Shown here: in pieces, positions 26,645 to 40,453 of the stretch | Position numbering within the stretch: position 1 is the stretch's first letter | Layout of the letters: each line of letters starts with the position of its first letter | DNA from: Mobula hypostoma | Taxonomy: Eukaryota | Assembly: GCF_963921235.1 (NCBI RefSeq) | Contig: NC_086097.1 | Span: forward strand, 168,456,001-168,520,000 | Length of the DNA stretch: 64,000 nucleotides | Direction of reading: 5' to 3' | The notes under the pieces: model-generated | What the model was told of the DNA's origin: nothing | What the model saw: the letters and a program-made list of their open reading frames with translations, nothing else | Databases searched by the model: none | Program-made: the position numbers and the translations under genes

Positions 26645-29600
26645 TTATAGAGTCGTAGTTGTCTATTCAATGCTGCCTGGTTTCATCAAACTGCACTCAG
26701 ACCATAACCTTCCATACCCCTCCCATCAATAGACAATATCTATCGAAATTTGTCTTAAATGTTGAAATTGCCCCCACAACCACCAATTGTGCTGGCAGCT
26801 CATTCCACACTCTCACTACCCTCTGAGTGAAGAAGTTCCCCCTTATGTTCCCCTTAAGCATGTCACCCAATACCTCTAGTTGTAGTCTCACACAACCCTA
26901 GTGAGAGAAAGCCTGCAGGCATTTACCCTAGCCACACCCCTCATCATTTTGTATACCTTTATCAAATCTCCCTCCAATCCTTGATGTTCTAGGGAATCAA
27001 CTCCTAACCTATACAACCTTTCCCTATATCTCAAGTCCTCCAGTCCTGACCATATCCATGTAAATTTTCTCTGCGTTCTTTTGATCTTATTTACATCTTT
27101 GCTGTGGGTAGGTAACCAAAGTTGGACAAAATACCCCAAATTATGCCTCACTCTTCCAACATTTTCAACATATCATCCCAAAACCTGTAATCAATACATT
27201 GTATTATGAAGACCAATGTGCCAACAGCTTTCTTTACAACCCGATCTACAGACGTAAGTCTGATGACACTTTCAAGGAATTATGGACCTGTATTCCCAGA
27301 TCTATATTAAATTCCATCTGCTATTTTTCAACTCATTTTTCCAGCTGGTCCAGATCCTGTTGCAAGCCTTGATAGTCTGCCTCGCTGTCAACTACACCCC
27401 CAGTCTTGGTGCCATTCGCAAATTTGCTGATCCAGTTTACCACATTATCATCCAGATAATTGATTATAGGTGACAAACAACAACAGACACAGCATCAATC
27501 CCTGAGGCACACCACTAGTCACATTCCTCCGGTCAGAGAGGCAACCATCTGTTACCACTCTGTGGCTTCTCTCGTGAAACCAATGCTTAATTCAGTTTAC
27601 TACCTTAACTTGAATGCCAAGTAACTGAACCTTCTTGACCAACCTCCCATGCAGGATCTTGTCAAAGCCCTTGCTAAGGTCCATGTAGGCAACAACGACT
27701 ACCTTATCTTTATTAACTTTCCTGGTAACTTCCTTGAAAAGCTCAGTTAGATTGGTTAGACATGACTTACCTCGCAAAAAGCCATTTTGACTATCTCTAA
27801 TCAATCTGTGCCTATCCAAATACTTATATATCCAGTCCCTTAGAATACCTACCCATAATTTTCCCACTTCTGACGTCAGGCTCACATGCCTATAATTTCC
27901 TGGTTTATTCTTAAAGTCTTTTTTAAACCACGGAACAACTTTAGCTGTCCTCCAATTCTCCGGCACCTCAACCGTGGCTAAGGGTGTTTTAAATATCTCT
28001 GCTAGGGCCCCTGCAATTTCTGCACTAGCTTCCCACATGGTCCGAAGGAACACATTGTCAGACCCTGGGGACTTATCCACACAAATTTGCCTCAAGACAG
28101 CGAACACCTCCTCCTCTGTATAGGGTCCAAGACTTCACTACTGCAATGTCTCACATCTATAGACTCTGTCCATCTCCAAAGTAAATACAGATGCAAAGAA
28201 TCCAATTAAGATCTCCCTACATAGATGAGCAATCTGACCTTCCAGAGAACGAATTTTGTCCCTTGCTATCCTTTTGGTCTTCATATATCTGTAAAAACCT
28301 TTGGGATTCTCCTTCACCTTGTCTGCTAGAACAACTTTATGCCTTCTTTTCCTTCTCCTTAAGTGTTCCTTTGCATTTCTTATACTCCTCGAGTACCTGC
28401 CTACCTAACCCTGCTATGCACCTCCTTTTCTTTCTTAACCAGAGCCTCAACATCTCTTGAAAACCAAGGTTCCCTAAATCTGTTATTCTTGTCTTTTATT
28501 CTGGTAGGAATATACAAACTCTGTACTCTCAAAAATTCACCTTACCAAGAACACCTTTGCCAGAAAACAATTTGACTTTCTCCAAAATAGAATCTTGACC
28601 TGAGGACTAGGTCTATATCCTTTTCCATAATTACATTGAAACTAATGTAATTATGCCACACAACTGTGAGTATAGGAATAGAGTGAGCTAGAGGATAAAT
28701 ATGTGGCTGAGGCATTGGAGCAGGGGGCGGGGATTCAGATTTCTTGATCATTGGGACCTCTTTTGGGGCAGGCATGACCTGTATAAAAAGGACGTGTTGC
28801 ACTTGAATCTGACGGGACTAATATCCTGGCAGGGAGGTTTGCTAAAGCTATTGGGGAGAGTTTAAACTAGAATTGATGGAGGGGTGGGAACAGAACTGAA
28901 GACACAGAGGAAGGGGCGGTTGGCTTACAAATAGAGAAAGCTTGGAGACAGTGTGAGAGGGAAGTAGGCAGGTGATAGAGAAGGGATACGCTCAGACCGA
29001 TGGTTTGAGATGTGTCTATTTTAATCCAGGAAGCATCATGAACAAAGTGGATGAGCTTAGAGCACTTGGAGCTATGATGTTGTGGCCATTACAGAGACTC
29101 GGATGGCTCAGGGGCGAGAATGGTTACTTCAAGTGCCGGGCTTTAGATGTTTCAGAAAGGACAGGGAGGGAGGCAAAAGAGGTGTGGGCGTGGCACTGTT
29201 GGTCGGAGATACGGAGTCTCTGTGGGTGGAAGGAGCAGGAAGGGGTCAATAACTCTACTGGGTGTTTTTTATAGACCACCCAGTAGTAACAGGGACATCG
29301 AGGAGCAGATAGGGAGACAGATTCTGGAAAGATGTAATAATAGCAGGGTTGGCGTGCTGGGAGATTTAAATTTCCTGAATACAGTACAGAGGAGATGTCG
29401 GGGTAAGTTTTTTTTACGCAAAGAGTGCTGAATGCGTGGAATGGGCTGCCGGCAACAGTGGTGAAGGCGGATACAATAGGCTCTTTTAAGAGACTCCTGG
29501 ATAGATACATAGAGCTTAGAAAAATAAAGGGCAATGGGTAACCCTATGTAATTTCTAAGGTAAGGACGTGTTCGGCACAACTTTGTGGACCACAAGGCCT

Positions 29601-30328
29601 GTATTGTGCTGTAGGTTTTCTATGTTTCTAATGGCATTATGGTCACTAGATGCAAAATGTTTCCCTACACAAACCTCTGTCACCAGCCCTGTCTCATTCC
29701 CGAATAGGAGATCCAGTATCACACTCTCTCTAGTTGGGACATCTATGTATTGATTAAGGAAACTTTCTGAACATATTTACAATCTCTTTCTATGCCAGCT
29801 TAGAAAGGTAAAATCATCGACTATCACAACCTTATACTTCTTGCAAGTCTGCGATCCCTCTACAAATTTGCTCCCCTAAATCCCTAGGTGTGTTGGGTGG
29901 TGTATATTATAATTCCATTAACATGGTCATACCTTTCTTATTCTTCAGTTCTACCCATAAAGCCTCACTAGATGAGCTCTCTGTTCTGTCCTAAATGAAC
30001 ATTGCTGTGACATTTTCCCTGACTAATAATACCTGCTCTTGCTCCATAACGACTAAAACAATAGAACCCCGGAACATTGAGCTGCCAGTCCTGCTGCTCC
30101 TGCAGCCAAGTCTCACTAATGGCTATACTGTCATAATTCCACATGCAGATCTATCTCTAAACTCATCCACCTTTACGATACCCCTTGCAATGAAATATAC
30201 ACAGCTCAGAGCACTAGTCCCACCATGCTCGAACTTCTGATTCCTGACTTTGTATGTAGGCTTAGCAACATCTTCCTCCACAACCACTCCACTCTCTGTT
30301 CTGGCGCTCTGGTTCCCACCCACTTCCT
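26645..30328 (-). mobile_element. CR1 LINE in intron 1 of the CARD gene, with a nested opposite-strand CR1 derivative at 28656-29627
   Basis: PGNYRHVSLTS, GKSCLTNL and YMDLSKGFDK. The insert is flanked by CTAATGTAATTATG and CTAATGGCATTATG. Confidence 0.88.
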
Positions 30329-30455
30329 GTGATGTGTTTTGCGACATTTCATATAAAATTTGCTTTGTTACAGCAAGAGGATATTGCTGCTATAATTAAC
30401 TCTTGTAAAGATCATTTTCAACTAATAAACTACATGTTGTGTTTGCAATTGACAG

Positions 30456-30713
30456 ATCTCCGCAAACATTACTACGCGATGAGCATGTCAATGCCCCCCG
30501 CGGTGGCGGAGCAGATTGCTTTCTCCCTGTACAGTGCTCGGATTCTCAGCCAATATGAACTTAACGTCATTATCTCTAAGACTGAGGTGCTCTCCAAGGC
30601 ATCTGAGCTGCTCTCTGTCGTCATCCGGAAAGGGTCGAAGGCCTGTGGCATCTTTCTCCAGGTTCTTAAAACATGTGACCCAAATCTCAGTGAACAACTA
30701 GTCAGAGAACAAG
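30456..30713 (+). CDS. CARD + tandem RHIM-like protein, exon 2 (CARD domain)
   Basis: CAG acceptor, 258 nt, G|GTAAAA donor, phase 1-1. (D)LRKHYYAMSMSMPPAVAEQIAFSLYSARILSQYELNVIISKTEVLSKASELLSVVIRKGSKACGIFLQVLKTCDPNLSEQLVREQ shows the CARD pattern LRKH...L....ILS..E...I......KA.ELL..V..KG..AC..FL..L...DP.L...L. Confidence 0.85.
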
Positions 30714-31639
30714 GTAAAAATTCTGCTTAGATCTTCCCTAACTGATGTCAGTCCTTTTATTCCTCTGTTATTTCTGAGCTATGATTTGACCCTGTGAGTC
30801 ATACACTTTTAGTTCAGACACCTTTCCTAATTCTTCATATTATTTCCTTTTCTTCTTTATCTTCATGATCTGCCCCAAGACATAGATCCCTAGGTCCCTG
30901 CTCTGGAATTCTTTTCCTCAAATAATCTCTCCATACCTTTTTTTATTATTTAAGTATTTCTTTAAAAGCTGCACCATTGACTGAAGATTTTGGCCATCTC
31001 TCGTGATGGAGCATAGGACATGGAACGGTACAGCAAAGTATGCCAATCTAAACTATATTTCTTCTGTGAGCAGGAGATCCTTATCCCTCCATTCCCTGCA
31101 TACTCACGTGTAGAGCCTCTTGTGTAGAATCTGTTTTGCATCACTGTGTTTTTCTATATAGATATGTGATCTTGACTTATGGACTTAGGACGATGAGGAA
31201 ATTCAATCCTGATGCTAAGAATGGGAGAGTGTGAAAATGATGTCAGACATACAAAATACATGACATAGTCTAACAGGATAGGAAAATTATATACACACAA
31301 TACACACAAAATGCTGGAGGAACTCAACAGGCCAGGCAGCATGTATGGAAAAGAGTATAGTCGCTGCTTCGGGCCAAGACTGGGAAGATTTAAACTTCTT
31401 CAGGGTAGGCATCCCTGGAAGAGGCTTCACAGTGCAGTAATCTAATCACAAACAAGAGAAAATAGTGGCAGTTTAGTTAAGTTAAATAAGAACAGGGAAA
31501 TAATATATTGCTCAAACATGAGGAGATCTGCAGATGCTGGAACTTCAAGCAACACACATAAAAGTTGCATTCACGAGTAATTTATTGCTGTTCATTTTGC
31601 TGCTAACAACAGCATATCCTGATTGTCATTGTGTAGGTA

Positions 31640-32080
31640 GCAATGATCTTAAATTGTTTGTTTATTCTCATATGCACAAGTGCAATGAACAGCTTTTTTG
31701 CAGCAGGATCATACGCATATGTACATTCACAAGAAAAACATAAATTACACAAAGAAAGAACACAAAACAAGTCCATTGCGGTGCAAAGCGGTCAAAGTGG
31801 TGATAGTGTTGCTATAGTGAGGTGGTGATAAGTGTGGTGCGCGTTAGTTTGAGAATCGGATGGTTGAAGGGAAGTAGCTGTTCTTGAACCTGATGGAGGG
31901 CACTTCAGGCTACTGTACCTTCTGCCTAATGGGAGCAGCAAAAAGTGGGCATGGCCCAGATGGTGGGGATCTTTGATGATAGATGTTTTCTTCCTGAGGT
32001 AGTGCCTCATGTAGAGTAGATGATGAGGAGGGATATGCCCATGATGTATTGGGTTGAATGCACTCCTCTCTGCAGCTCTC
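31640..32080 (-). mobile_element. Rex1/Babar-type LINE 3' fragment
   Basis: LRKKTSIIKDPHHLGHAHFLLLPLGRRYSSL. Related fragments lie at about 13540-13812, 51325-51700 and 54780-55125 on +. Confidence 0.7.
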
Positions 32081-33249
32081 TACAGCCCTGATAAAAGACT
32101 GATAACCCTTAAAGATTAGGATCTAAATGAAATGAAGGAGGCAAGAAGTCCCGTTTTTAAAAGCTTTGAAAAATTGGAAGTTCACAAATAAGAAAGTTTG
32201 TAGAATTTATAAAAATGGACATATTTCCGTATTTTCCCTACAACACACATATCCTCCCCAGTCTGCAGCAGGGTTCCGTTCTTGTAAACAGTTTCCAACC
32301 CAGACAGGTGGCAAGTTGAAACTGTGGCCATGAGCCAAGTTGCCACATGGCAGGAGATGCCTACACCCCCTCAGCAGCTGGCAAATTCAACCCACTCATC
32401 TTCTAAATACCCGTTTATATGTACAAGCTGTATGTAGGTTGGGCATTTGGAAGCTGGGGGAGAGGGGCGTGTGAACCTGTAGAGGGGACCATTGAGTATA
32501 TGCCGCCTCACACACCAGTCCTATTCCCCTCCTAATTTCTCTGTAACCTATTCTCCTGATCATTTCCATCACCTCCTCTCAGATTCTAACAATCACTGAC
32601 ATATTAGGTGCGACTTACAACGGCCGGTTTATCCAATACGTGTGTCTTTATGATGTGGGAGTACCGGAGGAAACTTATAGAGTTACAGAGAGAATGTACA
32701 AAGTCCATGCAGTCAGCATCCGAGGTCAGGACTGCTGGAGCTGTGGGCCATCGGCACTACCCACTACTCTACTGTGCCAATTACTTATGGAGGAAAACGC
32801 CTGCACTGACTTGCCAATCCAAACACTACAACTTTATACATTTTTGAAGTATTCTTGATGGTTTCTGTAAAATCAATTGGTGTCAATATGAGCTATTAAA
32901 CAAACATATTCCACATATTTAGCTATTATACAAAAAAAATTAACATTATCCAGAATCAACACCATCAGAAATTTCAAGCTGCTGTGCTGAAATGATGGAG
33001 TTAGCAATAAATTTAATGATGTCCTTGGGAGCAAGATGCTAAGACCTTTCTGTCAGTTAGAGAATTAATTATAAAGGTGTGGTATATAGTTGGCAAGCAG
33101 CCAAAACTCCAAGGCAATTGGGTATTTATCTTGGTGATAAATCCAAGACTCCTTCTGTAGTATCTAGTATTATAAATCTTTTCAGTAATTAATACCAAAT
33201 GTCCCTACTAAATCACTCACTTCTGATCATAAACCTATGTTTTGTTGAC

Positions 33250-34715
33250 TTTAGCATCTCCTTCCTGTGAAAAAGATTATGTTTTCACCCTATGTCCCTC
33301 ATGATCTTATATACTTCTATCAAGTCACCCCTCAATCTCCTCCGTTCCCAGTCTAAACAACCTCTCCTTGTTTTTCAGCCCCAAACTCCAGGCAACATCC
33401 TGATAAACCTTTTCTGCATCTTTCTAGTTTAATAACATATTTCCTATAATGGGATGACATGAACTGCACACAATACTCTAAAAACAGCCTCACCAACATC
33501 ATATGTAAGATCATAAAATATAGGAGCAGAATTAGGCCATTCAGCCCATTGAGTCTACTCTTCCATTCCATCATGGCTGATCCTGGATCCCACTCAACCC
33601 CACACACTTACCTTTTTGCCCTATCCTTTGATGCCCTGACAGATCAGGAAACGATCAACCTTAAGTATACCCTTGGCCTCCACTGCTATCGGTGGCAGAG
33701 CATTCCACAGATTCACTACTCTCTGCCTAAAAGACATTCCTCCTTACCTCAGTTCTAAAAGGTCGTCCCTCAGTGTTGAGGCTGTGCCCTCTAGTTCTGG
33801 ATACCCCCACCATAGGAAACATCCTCTCCACATCCACCCTATCTAGTCCTATTAGCATTCGGTAGGTTTCAATGAGATCCCCACGCATTCTTCTAAATTG
33901 CAGTGAGTACAGGCCCAAAGCTGCCAAATGCTCCTCATATATTAACCCACTCATTCCTGGAATCATCCTTGTGAACCTCCTCTGGACTCTCTCCAATGAC
34001 AACACATCCTTTCTGAGATATGGGACCCAAAACTGTTGACAATACTGTAAGTGCGGCCTGCCTAGTGTCTTTTAAAGGCTCGGCATTATCTCCTTGCTTT
34101 TATATTCTGCAATATAACTTCCCAACTCCAATATACTCACAGCCCTCCCCGACTAATGAAGGCCAGTGTGCCAAATGCTTTCTTTACTACCTTATCCACC
34201 CATGATACCACTTTCAGTGAACAATGCACGTGCCCTTCCATGTCCTTCTGTTCCATGACAAACCCTGGGGCTCTATCATTCACTGTAGAAGTCTCACGCT
34301 GATTTGATCGCTTAAACCAGTGTATATGGTTTGAAAACCAATCCTCAGCCCACATATTTACCTGTTCAAGGTCCCTCTGCAATTTTTCATAACATTCTAT
34401 ACTACCTACATCACCTATTTTAGTATTATCCACAAATTTAGTAACCATACATTGTACATTCTCATCCAAATTCTTTACGTAAATTACAAACAACAAAGGT
34501 CACAGTATCAACCCCTGTGGCACACCACTACACACAGACCACCCGTCTGAGAAACAAACCTCCACCATCGGTCTCTGTTTTCTAACACTGAATTATGAAT
34601 TCAATCCACTATCTCCCCTAGATCCCTACAACCTAACCTTCAAAACTAGCCTACCTTGACGGACTTTGTCAATGACCTTGCTAAAATCCATATAGACATC
34701 ATCCACTGCCAATAT
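33250..34715 (-). mobile_element. CR1 LINE with a younger CR1 nested at about 33505-34115
   Basis: LERVQRRFTRMIPG...RMRGDLIETY sits inside an older copy (LFVIYVKNLD, KFVDNTK). Confidence 0.85.
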
Positions 34716-35023
34716 TTAAGACAGAAAACTCTCCCGATTAGCTTATTTATTTTTTCAAGTACTATCATCCATAAATGTGCTTACTACAAACTTGGGATTT
34801 TCTGAGAATATGCTCCTGTATTCGCTCTGGAATAATTTTACTGACTTAAAGGTAGCAAATAAATACAGGTTCTTTTTCTTACAAAATTTCAATGATGAAA
34901 AACATCAATCCTAATTTTAATAATTTGATATGGCATTCAGTAATTTTATGTAATAAGAATGTTTTAGTGATTATAGTGGAATATTGATACAGAGTTTGTC
35001 TAACTTCTCTCAATTGGTTCCAG

Positions 35024-35080
35024 CAGTTAATTCTACTAATAAGATTCCAATGACTGAATTATTGAAGCCACCTTCTTATG
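35024..35080 (+). CDS. CARD + tandem RHIM-like protein, exon 3 (linker)
   Basis: CAGCAG acceptor, 57 nt, consensus G|GTAAGT donor, phase 1-1, open frame (A)VNSTNKIPMTELLKPPSY. Confidence 0.7.
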
Positions 35081-36734
35081 GTAAGTACATTAATATGTCA
35101 AGATTTTTCAGAATTGGAAATTAGATTGTTCATAACTAACTCCAGCAATCTGCATTCAGGGGATGTAGAAAAATCAAATATAAAATGATAATTTAAAATA
35201 CATGTACTGGAAAAACACGAACGTTTTTGATGAAATGATGTGCTTAATGCTTCAGTGTATTTTCATCAGAATTTTAGCCTTTTTTTATTCACAGAAATTA
35301 AAATTTTCCATTAGATCAACTTTTATGCTCAATATCTTAATACAGAACTAATAAATTTAAAATAATTGTCAATTTTCTTGGGTCTGTATTTTATATTTTA
35401 CCCAGAATATGAAATTGAAATTGGGGCCTGGTCTAACCTTTGCTTCTGATCATAGTGAAATGGATTAGAGAAAGGCAGATCACTGATGAAACTACACATA
35501 AAGATATGGGATAAATTTGAGAATTTGATCTACGGGATAAAATTCAAATGCTTTGGAATTTTGTTGCTTAATCACTCAAGCATTGCAAAACATTGTGCAT
35601 ACTTAAAAATCATTGGACTTTAAATTAATAAGAAGAAAATCAGTGATTCCTAGAAGTAGCTTCTTATTGTTGCTGATATGTCATGCTTGCTTTCCATTTG
35701 CAAACATTTCAAGTTACTTTTTGAGCCAACTCTACATTGATGTCTACTTTCCTGATTACACCCATGGCAATATTCTATAGGAAGTGTCGAAGCTGCTTAT
35801 TGGTGTTTAAGCAATGCTGTAATCCACCTTCACTCACCCTCAACCTACCTCAATCCAAAAAAAATATGAGCGTCTGGTCCTGCCACCAGAAGGAAACTGA
35901 TGGCAGGACTAGACTTCAGAACAACGTTTCTAAGCATTGACACCGCTGCGGTCTAGTGTTATTTGCTATTGTGGAAAGAAACAATTTGCATAACATTTTC
36001 CAATCCAGAACAATGCAGATTCATTGAGGCAGTTTCAAAATATTGTCACTGTTGAAGTGGAGGGGCCATTAATTTACATGCTGCAGTATAAGGCTGATTT
36101 AAGATATTGGTTAAAGGGTATCTATCAAGAATGGCACTGGGAATAGTGTTTTGAGGTGAAACAAAGCTCTTGGCTTTACATCTCAACCAGAAGACGACAG
36201 AACCAGTGTTGCCCCTCAGAACTGCACTGGAGCACCAGACTAAGTCATGTGCTCAAATAGCATCAGCATCAAGAGACAAGAGTGTCACTGACTAACTGAT
36301 TCTAAACTCTTTTTCTTCTTTATTGCCCTTACTTAGAATTTAAATAATGCCAATATTTGCTGGGCTCTTCTACGATATACAATAGATACAGTATTTGTAA
36401 ATGGAGCTGGTTGTTGGATTGAAGAATTATCTTTGACAAAGACAAAAGATAACTTACTTGCATTTGTCTGGTGAACTTAATGCCTATCTCAAGGATTTCA
36501 CAAAGGAAGCCTTTGACCAAGGGTAAAAATGTCAAATATGAGAGTGCATAGCTCTAGGGTGAGAAAGGGTAAATTTTGAAGGGAATGTGCAGAGCAGGTT
36601 GTTTACACAGAGAATGGTGTGTGCCTGGAATGGTCTACAGGGGTAGTGGTGGAAGCAGAGGCAATAGTGACATTTGAGTCATTTACACAGGGACATGAAC
36701 ACGCAGGGAATAGAGGGATATAGATCAAGTGCAG

Positions 36735-37345
36735 GCAGATAGGAGGCCCTCCGTTGGTTGGGATTGACCATGGATGTTGCTTCCCAGTGCTCTATGTGAA
36801 ACATATGCCAGTATACAAGCCAGGGCAGTAGAATATGGAGAGCAATGTGTTGCCCATGTAGCAAGCTCCCCTCCTCCATGTGGCTGAAGAATCCAAAGGG
36901 ATGGCAAAGACTGATACAGTTTGGCACCAGTGGTATTGCAGGAGTTGCCAGTCAGCATTAAACTGTCTTAGGGACTTCAGCTCTGGATTTTTTCCTCATG
37001 GCTTACTCCCGAAACATTTCCCATGAGTGGGTATACAGGCAAGGAATTGGAGGTTTGGGATCAGTTTTCCTTGTCCTAGAGATGAGCTGCCAACCATGGC
37101 TGATGAACGCCACCTGCCCAAAGCGACTGGTTTTAAGGCACCAGTAACCAACCTTTGCCTCCTCCCCCTGCCCCCCCCAACTCCTGGAAGTAGAAATGTC
37201 TTCACTGGGCTTAGTAGCTAAGCTACACATCTAGGCCAGGAGCTGGACTTGATTCTCAGAGGCTAATTGAGACTCGCGCCTTTGGGAGCATTTAATAGGT
37301 AGTGGGAGCATATCCCCTCTACCGCCCCTGCCTATACCAACCTTA
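36735..37345 (-). mobile_element. Non-coding interspersed repeat, possibly an RTE-related non-autonomous element
   Basis: A partial second copy lies at about 18430-18620, and one end is shared with the tail of the SINE at 39964-40272. Family assignment is tentative. Confidence 0.5.
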
Positions 37346-38413
37346 AGGAATTGCAGACAGATAGGCTTAGTTTAATTTGTCTTAATTCTCAGCTGAAACA
37401 TCATGGCTGAAGGGCCTGTTTCGGTGCTGTGTTCTAAATCCTGAGCATTGTTGATTTCCTTGCACAGTCTATATTCCCACATCCCCAAATATCCTTTAAC
37501 CTCAGCCAACAAGTGGATGTTCATTCTCTGCTGTGGAAGAGCAGAAAACCTCTGTGGAAAGAAATTTACCCACATCTCAGTGAATCTTTGTCCTGAGGTT
37601 ATGTTCCTACCATCTGGATAGAAGAAACAGCACCTCTGTATTTAGGATGACTTGAAAGAACATATCTGATTGAAATAATGGTTGCATTCTGGCCCTCTAG
37701 TCAGTTTCTTAATAAATATAATGTGTCAGGAGAGGGGTGACTGCAGGAAGCTAGGGAGGATGCTGAATTTTCCTACTATAATATAGAAACTGAAAAATGC
37801 AGAAATGGAACTGGATCATCAGGTCAAACTGGCAGAGCTTTCAAAGAGAGCAGTCTGCATTAAACATAAGAGTTTCTGCAGATGCTTGAAATCTTGCGTA
37901 ACACACACCGAACGCTGGAGGAACTCAGCAAGTCAGGCAGCATTTTTGGAAGGGAATAAACAGTTGACGTTTCAGGCCTATGTCCTTCATCAGGATTAAA
38001 TCTAGGAATGTCGGCAGCATGCTAAATCAATCAGAATTGCAGGCCTTTAGTTTAATATGGAATATAATGAAGTGGGGTTACCCTAGGGATGTGGGACTGA
38101 ACAGTGAGTCCAGGCAGATGACCGATATTGTTGGAAGTAAAAGTAAACTTTCGTCCTTATTGAGAAAGGATTTACCATGCAGAAATATTGAAGGAGAATT
38201 GCTGAGAAAGTCTCCATCAATCATCTTTAGAGCACCTCAGAAAAATGGTGTGAATTCTGTAATATTATCCCACCAATCAGTGAAATTTTCACACCTCATT
38301 TCTCATTCGTCCCTAACATTACTCAGGGTTGCCCTTCCAGCCTTCAAAGTGGGAGTTAAGTGATGGTTAATTACAAGATGGTCAGCAAGCAATTGTTATT
38401 TTTTCTCCCCCAG

Positions 38414-38563
38414 CAGTGCAGTCCCCGGTGATATGCAAGATATGCATCTGCAACTCAAGTCTGAACAACTGCACTTTTGGCTCAGGCAACAGTATGTCCA
38501 TCATAACAACCACACCATTATCCAACACCGAGGAGCCTGCCACAAGTATAAATAAAGAATGCG
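38414..38563 (+). CDS. CARD + tandem RHIM-like protein, exon 4 (RHIM-like motif 1)
   Basis: TTTTTTCTCCCCCAG(CAG) acceptor, 150 nt, G|GTATGT donor, phase 1-1. Encodes (A)VQSPVICKICICNSSLNNCTFGSGNSMSIITTTPLSNTEEPATSINKEC. Confidence 0.8.
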
Positions 38564-39963
38564 GTATGTTTTCTTTGTTATTTCTTCATTCTGCAATTGT
38601 AACAATGAACCTTCATTTCTGATCCATTGTTTAGATAGCTCTCTATAGTCAGAGCCATTTCATTCAGCCAATGGTCTAACCTGGTATATACTGTAAACAA
38701 TAAAGACAGGCCATAATGGGAGGCTGAAGTCTGCTGACTTTACATTTCTCCACAGTATATTCCATCTGCATTCAATCTGTATGTCAGTTTGTAATTTCTT
38801 TGTGTCTTCACAACTTCCTTTCCCTTAAGGACTTTATCCTGCAGATGCTCTACTAAAAATCCAGAATTCAGATTCCACTATCACAGCTCATAGAGTCATA
38901 CAGAGTGGAATCAGGGCCATTGAACCAATCTGTCCATGCTGGCCCAGGTGAGCTAGTCTCATTTGCCTGCATTTGACCCATCTGAAGCAGGGGCTCCCAA
39001 CCATCTTTATGCCATGGAGCCTTACTATTAACTTAGTGGTCCTTGGTTGGGAGGTTAGGAACCCCTGGAAAGCTTCCCTGTCCACGTACCTGTCTAGATG
39101 TCTTATAAATTTAGTTGGGGAGGTTGCATTATTGCATTAAGGCAACATTTCACTGCTGCCCTTCCTTCATCGCACTTGAGAAGGTGCTGAGAGGCTTTAT
39201 CTTATCTGCATCTATTTTAATTGTTCTGGGATAGTAGTGTTATTCTATGGGATTTAAATTCAGATTGACAATATTTAATTATTTTAAAAACCAGCGATTA
39301 AAAGTTTAAATCAAAGTAAATTTATAATCAGAGTATGTATGCCACATACAACCTTGAAATTCAGCTTCTTGAATAAAGATGACAGAACTATCGGATTGTT
39401 GTAAAAACCCACTGGTGTTCTACTATCTGCCATCCTGACCCAGCCTACATGTAATTTTAGGCCCACTAAGTGAAAGGTTGACACTTAACTAACCCCTGAA
39501 ATGGCTCAGTCAACCATTAAGTTCATGAGAAATTAGGGATAGGTATTAAATTCTACTTTTCCAGTGACTCTCAAAAAAATGAATGCATATCATCTCCCTT
39601 TGAGTGATTGACACAGATGGTGACCCAGTAACTGACACTTATTTTGTTCCACTGGTCACAGTTTGGCAACCTGAAATAAGCTCTTCATTCCTACTGTTTC
39701 TATTTGTTAGTCTATCCTCAATCCATTATTCTGTGCCATAGTCTCTACTTATCTAATTTACAGAAAGCCCAAATAAACCCCATTCTATGGTAGTCACAAT
39801 ATCAAACACCTACAGATTTGTAAAATATGATTTCCCTGTTTAACTTATGTTGGACTCTACATTAGGATTTTACAGGTGCTTTGTTGGCATTTTCCCAATA
39901 AGAGATTCTACCATATTATTCACTGTAAAATTACTACTTTGTGCAATTTTACATAAGCGGGCT

Positions 39964-40272
39964 GTGGGCACGTGGCCAAGTGGTTAAGGCATTCGACTAG
40001 CGATCTGAAGGTTGTGAGTTCGAGCTCCAGCCAAGGCAGCGTGTTGTGTCCTTGAGCAAGGCACTTAACCACACAGTGCTCTGCGGCGACACTGGTGCCA
40101 AGCTGTAGTGGCCCTTGCCCTTCCCTTGGACAACATCGGTGTCATGGAGAGAGGAGACTTGCATCATGGGCAACTGCTGGTCTTCCATATAACCTTGCCC
40201 AGGCCTGTGCCCTGGAGAGTGAAGACTTTCCGGGCGCAGATCCATGGTCTTGCAAGACTAACAGATGCCTTT
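39964..40272 (+). mobile_element. tRNA-derived SINE with CORE-like central domain
   Basis: A box TGGCCAAGTGG and B box GAGTTCGAGC, followed by GTGTCCTTGAGCAAGGCACTTAACC (CORE/MIR-like) and a LINE-like tail. Confidence 0.75.
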
Positions 40273-40453
40273 AAATATAACCGGGGAAACACGCAATGTA
40301 TAAAAACAAAGCCATGTACTGCCAGAGAAAATTAAATCTCTTTCCAATATTTTTTTTCCTTTAAGACTTGTGTTTATTTTTGGCACCTGATTTGGCTGGT
40401 GCATTTTCTTAGCTATGTATCTAATCATTGACCTCGATAAATTTTCTGATTAG

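Noticed and set aside
30329..30730. Single-exon 133-aa CARD-only gene as called by the ORF track
   Set aside because: It starts at a non-ATG codon in intron-like sequence. Splice sites at 30455/30456 and 30713/30714 match the flanking exons in phase.
37200..37345. HDV-like ribozyme at the end of the RTE-like repeat
   Set aside because: I could not build the nested double pseudoknot by eye; a covariance-model search is needed.
39964..40040. tRNA gene (AGC-like anticodon loop)
   Set aside because: Stems are imperfect and the sequence runs straight into a CORE-like domain and LINE-like tail, so it is a SINE head.
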